This document shows positions 10,916 through 21,786 of a DNA stretch of 64,000 nt, piece by piece. Source of the stretch: Rhodobacterales bacterium (GTDB lineage: Bacteria; Pseudomonadota; Alphaproteobacteria; Rhodobacterales; CAZPXZ01); the NCBI GenBank assembly GCA_965219495.1, contig OZ244777.1, forward strand, positions 4,150,419 through 4,214,418, written 5' to 3'. The notes below the pieces were generated by a model. The model was not told the origin of the DNA. It did no database searches and was given only the letters and a program-made list of their open reading frames with translations. The position numbers were made by a program, and so were the translations under genes. How positions within the stretch are numbered: position 1 is the stretch's first letter; each line of letters begins with the position of its first letter.

Positions 10916-11867
10916 ATGGCGAGGGAGAAGTGGCATGGCCAAGGTCTTGCCATTGCGGCCGGTGAAATGGGGCCGATCTCCCGCGACGAATCCCGCGCCT
11001 CGGCGATCCGCCGGATGACCGACATGATGCGGCAGGCCAAAAGCCTCATGGTAGAGTTGACGGTATTTCCGGAACTGGCGCTGACGACCTACTTTCCGAT
11101 GTGGTTTATAGAGGACCAAGCAGAGATTGATTTCTATTTCGAGCGGGAAATGCCGAACGAGTACGCGCGGCCGCTCTTCGGGACGGCTGCCGAGTCGGAA
11201 ATGGGGTTCTATCTCGAGTACGCGGAGATCTCCGAGGGGAATGGCGAGAGGCGGCGTTACAACGCGGCAATCCTGGTCGACGCAAGCGGGGTCATCATCA
11301 GCAAGTACCGGATCACCTTCCCGGTTACGCGGAGCACGAGCCCTGGCGTCTTTTCCAGCACTTGGAGAAGCGATTCTTTTTCACGGGGGACTCGGTATTC
11401 CGGTGTTCGACGCGTTCGGCGGGCGCGTGGGCATGTGTGTTTGCAACGACCGCCGGTGGCCTAGAACTTACAGGGTAATGGGATTGCGAGGCGTCGAAAT
11501 GCTGCTACTCGGCTACAACACGCCGTGTCACTACCCGCCAGTGCCCCAGCACGATCACTTGCAGGAATTTCACAATCACCTGGTCATGCAGGCGGGCGCG
11601 TACCAGAATGGCGCCTGGATCGTCGACGTGGCCAAGGCGGGCAGGGAGGAAGGCTGCGATTTGATCGGCGGGACTTGCATTCTTGCGCCCACTGGTGAAA
11701 TCCTTGCGGAATGCGAAACGCTATCCGACGAGGTGATCACTTTTACATGGAGTTTGGACCGCTGCCGCGAGATCCAAAGCCACATATTCGATTTCGCGCA
11801 GCATCGGGAACCCAGATTCTATTCATTGATCGCGGAAACCAACCTCTCTGGGTTCCGCAAGGAATAG
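10916..11867 (+). pseudogene. N-carbamoyl-D-amino-acid amidohydrolase (nitrilase superfamily), frameshifted
   Basis: FPELALTTYFP, YNAAILVD...KYR, VGMCVCNDRRWP, GYNTP, MQAGAYQNG; frameshifts around 11310-11400. Confidence 0.9.
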
Positions 11868-11877
11868 GGGCAAGGGG

Positions 11878-13380
<1,503 letters not shown>

Positions 13381-13524
13381 TTTCCTGGAGTTTGTCGTTG
13401 TCAAATTTTGGCACAATCGAATTGTTCGGATGTTCGACCAAATTTTGCACACGCTGCGGCTACACGCGCTCGGAACGCAAGAGATCCCATGCAGCAAAGG
13501 GCAGCACATATTGGTTTCCCAAAC

Positions 13525-13576
13525 CGTCAGGCTCATAACCTGAAGGTCGTAGGTTCAAGTCCTACCCCCGCAACCA
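13525..13576 (+). tRNA. 3' fragment of tRNA-fMet (att-site scar, not a complete tRNA)
   Basis: CGTCAGGCTCATAACCTGAAGGTCGTAGGTTCAAGTCCTACCCCCGCAACCA: anticodon arm (CAT), T-arm and CCA; 5' acceptor strand and D-arm absent. Confidence 0.9.
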
Positions 13577-13581
13577 AGATT

Positions 13582-13618
13582 AAGCCCTTGAAAACAATGA
13601 AGTTTTCAAGGGCTTTTT
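13582..13618 (+). terminator. Rho-independent terminator-like hairpin
   Basis: AAGCCCTTGAAAAC-aatgaa-GTTTTCAAGGGCTT: 14-bp perfect stem followed by Ts. Confidence 0.75.
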
Positions 13619-13648
13619 GATTCTTGAGAATCAGTCGAAAATTTGACA

Positions 13649-13667
13649 GTCAACACATGGTCAACAC
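13649..13667 (+). promoter_or_regulatory. Putative tyrosine-integrase arm-type site pair
   Basis: Direct repeat GTCAACACATGGTCAACAC; related GTCAACACATGCGACAACAC at 40754-40773 near the other tRNA fragment. Confidence 0.5.
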
Positions 13668-13984
13668 GAGAGTCTGAGCGCGAAATTTGTATTTGCCGTG
13701 GCCTCGTTGAGGACCCGTCTCCACGAATGCCGATATGTCGCCGATCGCTCCCCACGGCGAAGGCGTGAATTCGTGTCACCGGGGCCGAGTAACCAACCGG
13801 TGTTGACACTTGCGGCGGGCATCCGTGTTGACTCTCTCGCAGGCATGGCCGCGAACGGTTGGCGCAGTTCCCGCGAATGACGGGCGCCGCCCTTGCGGTT
13901 GATTGGGTGCGGGCGGCAGGAGTGGCCCACGAGTATGCGGTCGGCGCTTGAACACGCTGCCGATGTCCATCACGTTGCGGCGGC

Positions 13985-14896
13985 ATGGTCGCAGATTCGG
14001 AAAGAGGGCCGATGGGAATTTCCAGCTACTCGCCTGTTGCGCTCGCGGAAATGATAGCGGGCGACTTTTACCTTGATGGGTTAGACAATTCTTCGAGAGG
14101 CTTGGAGCCTGTCAAGCCTTGGTTACTGATCCCGGAGGTGGACGCCGCACACCGGGTGCGTGAGCTCGGCGCTTCGGAATAGGAAGTCCGGCGTTTCCTG
14201 ACACTGGTGTGCGCGGTGGACTACCAGTTCAATTCCGACCGGCTATGGAGAGCAGCGGCGCAGCTGTATTCGACGCGGCCCAAACTGTTCGATCCTGCCG
14301 TGGTTGCAGCCATGCTTCCGGAGAAATTGCATCGAGACCTGCATGGCGCGGGTGTGGCGGGGAGGTTCCATCAACGGAACGCGAAGAGCTGGCAGCGGAT
14401 CGCAGAGCGCCTGGTCACCCGCGATGGGTCGGCAGTACGACGCGTGATCGACGAGGGTATAGGCTGCGTGGACGCGCTGAGGAAGGACTTGAGGCATTTC
14501 CCTTTGCTGCGCGGGGAAAAGATCGGGCCGGTGTGGATTCGGATCATGGCGAATCCTGGCGGGGCCGAAATCACCCCGGTCGAAGCCATGACGGTCGGCG
14601 TGGACATCCATGTCCGCCGTCTCACCCGGAATCTGGGTTTGCTGGGCGACGGGAAGGCTATCGCGGCAATGGACACGGATGACGACAGCCGGGACACGGA
14701 CATCCGTCGAATCTGGTACGATGCCGCGAGCCGGGCGGGAATCGAAGGCCCGCCGGGGATCGGCCGCGGTGCCGGCGCCGTAGACCCGGCGCTTTGGTTC
14801 TTTGGTCGGTGGGGTTGCGGCCATTGCGAGAAGTTGGCGAGGCGGGTGCGTTTCGGGCGCGCGTGCGAGGCTTGCCGGATGTGCGCCGCTTCCTGA
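13985..14896 (+). pseudogene. HhH-type DNA glycosylase/lyase-like protein with Cys-rich tail, one in-frame TAG
   Basis: ORFs 13985-14182 and 14207-14896 share a frame, separated only by TAG 14180-14182; FPLLRGEKIGPVW, GVDIHVRR, DPALW..GCGHC...CEAC..C. Confidence 0.6.
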
Positions 14897-15358
14897 CAAC
14901 CGGTATTGCGCTTGGTGAGTTCGCCGTATGGTTTGCATGCAAACCCAAGCCTTCGGGTTGATGGGGCTACTTGACCCCGTCACCTGTTGCCTGTTCTCAG
15001 GGGCAAGCGTCGATGTTTATTGCCGTCAACCGGGCGATCGCTCGCTGAGCGGGTGATAAACGGATGGCGTGGCTGGTAGACGTTCCGGACGCAGGCGACA
15101 GGGAGGTCTCTTCATAGAGATACCGCGGTTGCAACCTGATCGAAACCGGTTTGTTTTCATTCGGATCGGCGCTATCGGCTCGACCTGAGCCGCATCTGAA
15201 GAGAACGGCGATGCGGTCGGAATACCGTGTTGACGGCAGACGGGCACGGCTGGCCTGGAAAGTTGTGATGGTGGCGAAGATCGAGCCGGATCAAGAACGC
15301 TCCGGTGGAATGCGATTGCCGGCAATTGAGTGGTGAGACGAATGAGTGGTGAGACGAA

Positions 15359-15919
15359 ATGATCGTGACGCCAGAGGACTGGCCGACCCAAAAGGCTGAA
15401 CCGGCATTCTGGGAGGAACTTGGCAGAGCGGTGGCCACGTTCGGGTTCTTGGAAGACCTGATTCCAAGGTTCCTGTTGGCACTCGAAGGAAGCAGGGATG
15501 CGAAAGAATATACCGAGGACGAGGTAGAGAAATGGGTAGGCTCGCTGGAACGGTCTCTGAGCGATCCCTTGGGGCCATTGGTGCGCAGGGTCAAACGAGC
15601 GGTTGAACGCGATGCACGAATCGCGGAGGAAAACGGTGTCGAATTTATCGGCCGTTTGCAGAAATTGAGCGAATGGCGCAATGCCCTGTGCCACGGGGCC
15701 TGGGTTCGTTTCGACCGAAGCGGTCGCGCACAGCTTCGGCACTTTTCGAGAAGAGGCAAGAAGGAAGTCATGCAGCTTTGCGATGAGCTGTCGAAGGAGG
15801 ACATTGCAGCCATCCGCAGTGAGACTGTCTCCGTGACGCATTGGTTGGTTCAGGAAATAGCGTCCATCGGTGTCCGGTTCCCTGGCTCCGAATTGCCTGG
15901 TACGGATTTGCGTGAATGA
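15359..15919 (+). CDS. Hypothetical protein, HEPN-like
   Basis: 186 aa; helical; WRNALCHG fits the R-x4-H motif. Confidence 0.65.
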   Translation: MIVTPEDWPTQKAEPAFWEELGRAVATFGFLEDLIPRFLLALEGSRDAKEYTEDEVEKWVGSLERSLSDPLGPLVRRVKRAVERDARIAEENGVEFIGRLQKLSEWRNALCHGAWVRFDRSGRAQLRHFSRRGKKEVMQLCDELSKEDIAAIRSETVSVTHWLVQEIASIGVRFPGSELPGTDLRE

Positions 15920-15946
15920 AGGTCGATCGACAAGCCGCTCACGACA

Positions 15947-16702
15947 TTGGGCAGCCAAGCTTGGTCGATGTCTGAAATAGCGGATTCTGCAGCAAGGGGT
16001 AGAGGTGGTTTAGCGAGCATGAACGTTGATGCCAATCCGGACGACGGTGCTTGGGAGCGGCTGCTCAGGGGCTTTCAGAAAAAAGATATCCCGCCGGCAG
16101 ACTGTCCTCAGTGCGGCCAGAAGAGCGCAGCCGCGCCTGTCGCGGGGCTTCCGAGACGGCAAACCTTCGGCGGCGGCGCCGATTACACGTTCGGTGTTTG
16201 CCGCGAATGCGGAGAGCTTTGCGGCCTTGAGGTCATGCTGGTGTCACTCGACGGTGACCTTTCGACCCGCGCGTACGGGTTTCCCCGACCGGCGATGTCC
16301 GGCGTTTTTCCAAAGCAGAAGCAGACGCTCAGCGCCGACGAGATCGTCGTTCCGCCGCACATGCCCGAACCGGTCGATGCCCTGTTCCGGCAAGCGCGCC
16401 ACAACCTCATTTTGCGGAACTGGGACGCGGCAGGGATGACCTACAGGAAAACCCTGGAGGTTGCCCTGCGCACGGAATTCGGTATCGAGGGCGGGACCCT
16501 AGCATCGACGATCGCGCATGTATCCCGGACGCAGCCCTCAGTTTTCAAGCTCTTCGCCTGGCTGACGCGCGTGGCTGGGAACGAAGCCGCCCACGAAACG
16601 CAGTTTTCGGAGGCGCTCGCCGTGCATCTGGACAGTCTCGTTGAACAACTAGTGGTCTACCTGTTCACCGTTCCCGAAGTGAAGGAACAGGTCGCTCGAT
16701 AG
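15947..16702 (+). CDS. DUF4145 (HEPN) domain protein with N-terminal Zn ribbon
   Basis: CPQC...CREC; AAGMTYRKTLE; RVAGNEAAH; true start may be downstream of 15947. Confidence 0.75.
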   Translation: MGSQAWSMSEIADSAARGRGGLASMNVDANPDDGAWERLLRGFQKKDIPPADCPQCGQKSAAAPVAGLPRRQTFGGGADYTFGVCRECGELCGLEVMLVSLDGDLSTRAYGFPRPAMSGVFPKQKQTLSADEIVVPPHMPEPVDALFRQARHNLILRNWDAAGMTYRKTLEVALRTEFGIEGGTLASTIAHVSRTQPSVFKLFAWLTRVAGNEAAHETQFSEALAVHLDSLVEQLVVYLFTVPEVKEQVAR

Positions 16703-17111
16703 TCTCCGTCAGATCCGCGGCTGACCACCCCCATGCCGGGGACGACGGCGAGATATGCGCATCTGGCGCGGGGTATTCGAGACATAGGCGGTGCGCCGGA
16801 CCGTGGACGGCAGTGGGGCGGGATGCCGATTGCCGGCCGCGCTGAACCGGGTGTCCGTCCTCGTACAGATGGGCTTTCCGGCGGATTTTTCGAGAACCGC
16901 CAGAGGCATGGCGGGGTCGGGGCGCCGCAGGCTGTCGGCTTCATGCTCTTGCGGCATGAATTTTACCTCAAGAGGCATTTTCTTTTTCGCTGCTGTGCCG
17001 CTAGTCGATTTCGCGGACTGCGCGGCGGTGAGAGGGTCCTGAGCGTTTCTCCGGACCGGAGCGCTTTCCCGTACCGGGACATTCGCCGGTTCCGCCGCGG
17101 GAGGCGGAACC

Positions 17112-17730
17112 ATGAGAGGTCAAGGGCAGCGGGCGTCGCGCGGACGCGGGGACGCCCGGTGGCTGGTCGTCGTCGAATCCCCGGCCAAGGCGCGGACGGT
17201 CGAGCGGTTTCTCGGGCGCGGCTGGCGGGTGCTCGCCTGCCACGGCCATGTGCGGGACCTGCCGACGACGGCTTCGCGATGGTCTACGAGACCGCGGGGC
17301 GGCGCGCGGCGCGGGCGCTGGGGGCGATCCGGGCGGCGCTCGGCGATGCCGAGGGGCTGATCCTCGCCACCGACCCGGACCGCAAGGGCGAGGCGATCGC
17401 CTGGCAGGTGCTGACCTGGCTGCGGGAGAAGGATGCGCTCGGGGACAAGCCGGTCGAGCGGGTCGCCTTCCGCGAGATCACGGCCGAGGGGGTGCGCGCG
17501 GCGATGGCGCGCCCGCGCGGCCTCGACATGGACCTGGTGCAGGCGCAGCAGGCGCGGCGCGCGCTCGACTACCTGGTCGGTTACGGGCTGTCGCCGCTGA
17601 TGTGGCGCAAGGCGCCGGTCGGCCGGTCGGGTGCAGTCGGTGGCGCTGCGCCTCGTCTGCGCGCGCGAGGCGGAGATCGAGGCCTTCGTCCCGCAGGAAT
17701 ACTGGACCGTGGAGGCGGCGGTCTCGGTCG
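17112..17730 (+). pseudogene. topA: DNA topoisomerase IA N-terminal fragment, frameshifted and truncated
   Basis: [44 protein letters not shown], then [23 protein letters not shown] in another frame. Confidence 0.9.
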
Positions 17731-17791
17731 AGCGCCGGACGGTGCGGCGGCGGTCGGCCTGTCACCGGTCACGGTTGCGGAGAGAGCGGCA

Positions 17792-18100
17792 ATGAAGAAG
17801 TCGGAGATGGCCGAGCGTGTGGCGGGCAGGATGGGGCTGAGCAAGTCCGCCGCCGAGGGTGCTGTCGACGCGGTGTTCGAGACGATCGTCGAGGCGCTGG
17901 CGAGGGAAGAGGCGGTGCGCATCGCCGGGTTCGGGACGTTCGCGACGAGGAGCCGGAGCGCGCGCACCGGACGGAACCCGCAGACCGGGGAGAGCATCGC
18001 GATCCCGGCGTCGAAAGCGCCGTCGTTCAAGGCGGGGAAGGCGCTCAGAGCGGCGGTCAACGAAGGGCGGGAGGCGAAGCCCGATAGGTGCGGAGAGTGA
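17792..18100 (+). CDS. hup: HU family DNA-binding protein
   Basis: [11 protein letters not shown]...VRIAGFGTF...[28 protein letters not shown]. Confidence 0.95.
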   Translation: MKKSEMAERVAGRMGLSKSAAEGAVDAVFETIVEALAREEAVRIAGFGTFATRSRSARTGRNPQTGESIAIPASKAPSFKAGKALRAAVNEGREAKPDRCGE

Positions 18101-18291
18101 GGATACGGAGGCTGTGGCCGTGAGGAAGACGGATTGAGGCTCGGACGGGTCGTTTGAAGCGGCGTTGTGTGGCGACTGCATTGGGCGCAGCCGGTAAAAC
18201 GATCGAGTCTCCGAAGGACGGCGATCTCTATGTCAGGTCCGGGGCCAGATTAGCTCTTGTACGCTACAGCAGTACGGCTTTCCCTTGTCCG

Positions 18292-18918
18292 TTAGGTCAA
18301 GTATCTCCTGACAATGGCCTTCGCAGATTCGTCGAGGCCAGGAAAGAGCACCTCTTTGGTTACATGCAGGATTTCCAGCTCGTGAAGTATGTCTTTCTTT
18401 CTTGAAGCGGGCACTGTTACTTTGTGGTGGCAGTAGACTGGCACATTCTTTGTCCAGCTTCGAATAGTATCGCTTTCGTAGGTCTTGATGATAGATTTGG
18501 GTACTGCAAATATGTGGAATACACCATCCGTTTGATCATCTGACGATAGATTGGAAGACGCATCACAACAATGAAACAGGGCAACTAGCGGGTTTTTTGT
18601 GATGTCAAGAAGTCGGGTCTTCAGTCCATGGTGTTGAGCCAACACCCATTGAGACAGGGCCGATGACACATTGGTAAAGTCATCAGGCCTCCTTGACATC
18701 AGTTCCAGCAGCATTTCACCTTCCGAGTTGCGCAAGAGTGGCTTGTCCGTTTGCCCACGCATCACCGAAGGTATGAGGAGCCATTCATTCTCATATTGTC
18801 CGCGGAAATAAAGTGTATGTTCCTTGCTAACATCCCCGTGCTCCAACCGACGGTAATGATTCTCTAAGGTTAGACATACATCGACCAGAGATTTGACGTC
18901 ATTTACGTGGCTTATGTC
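18292..18918 (-). pseudogene. FRG-domain C-terminal half of an IS5-split pentapeptide-FRG gene
   Basis: LYFRGQ, AQHHGLKTRLLDITKNPLVALF; the frame stays open up to the IS5 target site at 18919. Confidence 0.85.
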
Positions 18919-18921
18919 TAA

Positions 18922-19883
18922 GAGTTTGACCTAAAACTATTGAGAGGCTTCGACATGTGGTATTTTCCATATAGCTTAAACACGAAATATGGAGAGCACC
19001 CATGCCCTGGAATGAAACCACTCGCGCTGAGTATAAGCGCCCCTCGTCTCGTTACGAGACGGATTTGACGGATGCGGAATGGTCACTGTTGGACCCCCAT
19101 CTTCCGGGACCGGCATCGACCGGTCGTCCCCGCACCACGGACCTTCGGGAAGTCTTGAACGCGATCCTGTACATGGCCAGCACAGGTTGCCAATGGCGCG
19201 CCTTACCCAAGGATTTTCCACCGTTTACGACGGTTCAGAACTATTTCTACGGCTGGTCGAAAGGGGGACGAATGGAGGTCATTCTGGCGTCGCTTCGGCG
19301 GGCGGCGCGCCTCGATGCGGGACGCGCGGAAGAGCCAACGGCGGGTGCGATTGATAGCCAGAGCGCCAAGACCACCGAGAGCGGAGGACCGCGCGGTTAC
19401 GACGCCGGCAAGAAGGTGAAGGGCCGCAAGCGCCACCTTGTGGTGGATACGGAAGGGAACCCTCTGACGGTGCAGATTCATGCGGCGAGCATTCAGGATC
19501 GGGACGGCGCGCCGGACGTGTTGGAAGAGGCGGTCGCGTGCTGCCCGACATTGCAGGCGTTGTTCGCGGATGGGGGCTACTCGGGGCCGAAACTTGCGGC
19601 GTCCCTGTGCGACCGCAGCCTGGATCTGGATCTCATCATCGTTTCCAAGCCCCCGGGAAGCAAGGGTTTTGCGGTTCTCCCCCGCCGCTGGGTGGTGGAA
19701 CGGACTCTTGCCTGGCTGAACCGCTGCCGACGATTGGCCAAGGACTTCGAGCGAACCATCGAGAGCGCCAAGGCGTGGGTGCTCTGGGCTGCGGTGCGGC
19801 TCTTGGTCCGTCGCCTCGGGCGGCGCGTAAGTGCCTGTGCAACAATGGGTTAAATGGACTTGCTAAAGTTTTGATTCAGACAC
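18922..19883 (+). mobile_element. IS5-family element (IS1031-like), 962 bp
   Basis: Imperfect IRs GAGTTTGACCTAAAACT / GTGTCTGAATCAAAACT; TAA duplication at 18919-21 and 19884-86. Confidence 0.9.
19002..19853 (+). CDS. IS5-family transposase
   Basis: 283 aa; YETDLTDAEW, GCQWRALPKDFPP, AIDSQS, GKKVKGRKRH, ADGGY, RWVVERTLAWL. Confidence 0.95.
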   Translation: MPWNETTRAEYKRPSSRYETDLTDAEWSLLDPHLPGPASTGRPRTTDLREVLNAILYMASTGCQWRALPKDFPPFTTVQNYFYGWSKGGRMEVILASLRRAARLDAGRAEEPTAGAIDSQSAKTTESGGPRGYDAGKKVKGRKRHLVVDTEGNPLTVQIHAASIQDRDGAPDVLEEAVACCPTLQALFADGGYSGPKLAASLCDRSLDLDLIIVSKPPGSKGFAVLPRRWVVERTLAWLNRCRRLAKDFERTIESAKAWVLWAAVRLLVRRLGRRVSACATMG

Positions 19884-20462
19884 TAAGATATGTGGTGCGT
19901 CTTGATCGTGGACTGTGCGGAAGAGTTTAGCGTTCCAGGGTTGTGTATCCGTGATGTCAACGGCAACCAGTTTGGTGCCACTGAAGTCTGTATCCTTGAT
20001 TTTCGATCTAACGAGATTTGCATTCGTTAGGTTGGAGTGGGTTAGGTCAACCCCTTCCAAGTCAGCGCCGCTTAGATTGGCACCGACAAATTTGACATGG
20101 CGCGTTAGCGCATCCACGAGGGTTGCGCAAAGGAGGACTGCGCCTGAGAAATCGGAATCGGTGAGATCGGCGCCGGTAAGGTCGGCGCTCCACAACTGAC
20201 AGTGTTGCATTTGAGCGGACTGAAGATTTGCGCGTCGAAGCCCAATACCGCTCAGACTGGCACCGCGAAAGGATGCGTTTTTCAAGTTAATTCCATCGAG
20301 ATGAGTGTCGGTACGTATAGTGGGTGGGTCATATAGAGGTCCCTGAAGTGCGGCGGGAATATTGGCGCCCGAAAAGTCCGGAAAGAAATCAGCTTTGTCG
20401 CGGCGAGCGTTCCAAGCTGCAACGCCCTCTTTGAGCCATTGGATGTGCTGTGGATTGGCCAT
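19884..20462 (-). pseudogene. Pentapeptide-repeat N-terminal half of the IS5-split gene
   Basis: MANPQHIQWLKEGVAAWN followed by A(D/N)LxGA-type repeats; frame runs into the IS end. Confidence 0.85.
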
Positions 20463-21786
20463 AGTATGAAGTCCTACTTTTCATGCTTGACGCGGTTAAT
20501 GGCTGCAACAGCGTTAGCCGAGCTGGTCAGGAAAAACTCCTCTGTAGGGTGCACATTTCATATGGAGTAAAGTAAACCGTTCGTTTGCAATCAGTTAGAC
20601 TAGCACTGGCGCATTCCGAGTCGTCGTTTGGTGACACGATTTCCCGGGTTTGACCGCTTATGCCGGATTTTCGCGAATTTCCTCCGGTTTCCCGGGGCAG
20701 GAGGGGGGGGTGAGTGCTCCTACCAACATGTGGTATATGGATTGAAGTTCACAACAATATCCGGGAGCACTCCGATGACAGTATTGCCGTTTCCTGCGCG
20801 AGAGTCCAGCATTGCGAGAGATGCGACCGCTGTGGAGATCGAGACGATTCTCTCGAAGTTCGGAACGAATGCGCGGGCGCTGTTTGCGTCCCTTGCGGAG
20901 GGGACCCAGTCTGCGGAGGGTTTCGAGCGTTCTCTGGCGGCGGTCTCGAACGCCGCCAGTTGTGCGTTCATGCGCCTGGCGATCGAGTCGGTTGACGAGG
21001 AGAGCGACCGATTGGTGGTGGACGGCAACGTGTATCACCGGATCGGCACATCGCCCCACACGATGCTGAGTTCGTTTGGTCCGGTTTGGTATGAGCGTTC
21101 CCGCTATCGCCGTCGGGGTTGCGATTCCGTTGTCCCGGCGGACCTCCGGTTTGGCCTGATCAACGGCTTTTGGTCGCCGCTTGCGGCGCGGCGTGGGACG
21201 TTGTTGATGGGGCTGGCGCCTGCCGGGGATTGCGTGCGGCTTTCCGAGGAGCTGGGCGGCATGTCGCCGTCTGCGACGGCGCTCAATCACCTCGTGGAAA
21301 CGGTTGGCGAAGCCTGGAATGTCGTGCAGGTCAAGGCCTTGCCCAGCATCCGCGCCGACGAGGACATCCCTGCGGGATCGTCGGCGCTTTCGATTTCGCT
21401 GGACGGCGTCATGCTTGGGATGCGCAACGAGAAAGGTGAAGGGCGGCAAGGAGATGCGGCGGCGACGGGTTTCCGCGAGGCGTCCTGCGGCGCGGTGTCG
21501 TTGCTGGATGCGGATGGCGAGCGTATCCGCACGGTCTATTCCGGGCGGATGCCGGAAGCCGGCAAGGCGACGCTGAAGCGCGGCCTGCTCGAGGAGGCCG
21601 GGCATGTGCTGCACATCCGCCCGGACCTGGAAGTGGTGATCCTCGCCGATGGGGCCGCCGACAACTGGAACTGGTTCTCCGAGGCCTTTCCGGAAGCCAC
21701 CGAAATCCTCGATTTCTGGCACGCCGCCCAGCATCTCAAGGCGGCGCTGGACAGCGCCTGTGGAACCGACAGCATGGAGGCGCGGC

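Noticed and set aside
13525-13576. Functional tRNA-Met gene
   Set aside because: The 5' acceptor strand and D-arm are missing in both copies
16733-18100. 455-aa TopA-HU fusion protein
   Set aside because: A chance frame joining an integrase tail, part of topA and HU; the topA motifs lie in three frames
20490-20525. Integron attC-like site (GTTAGCC)
   Set aside because: The hairpin is only about 30 nt; no repeated attC sites and no intI
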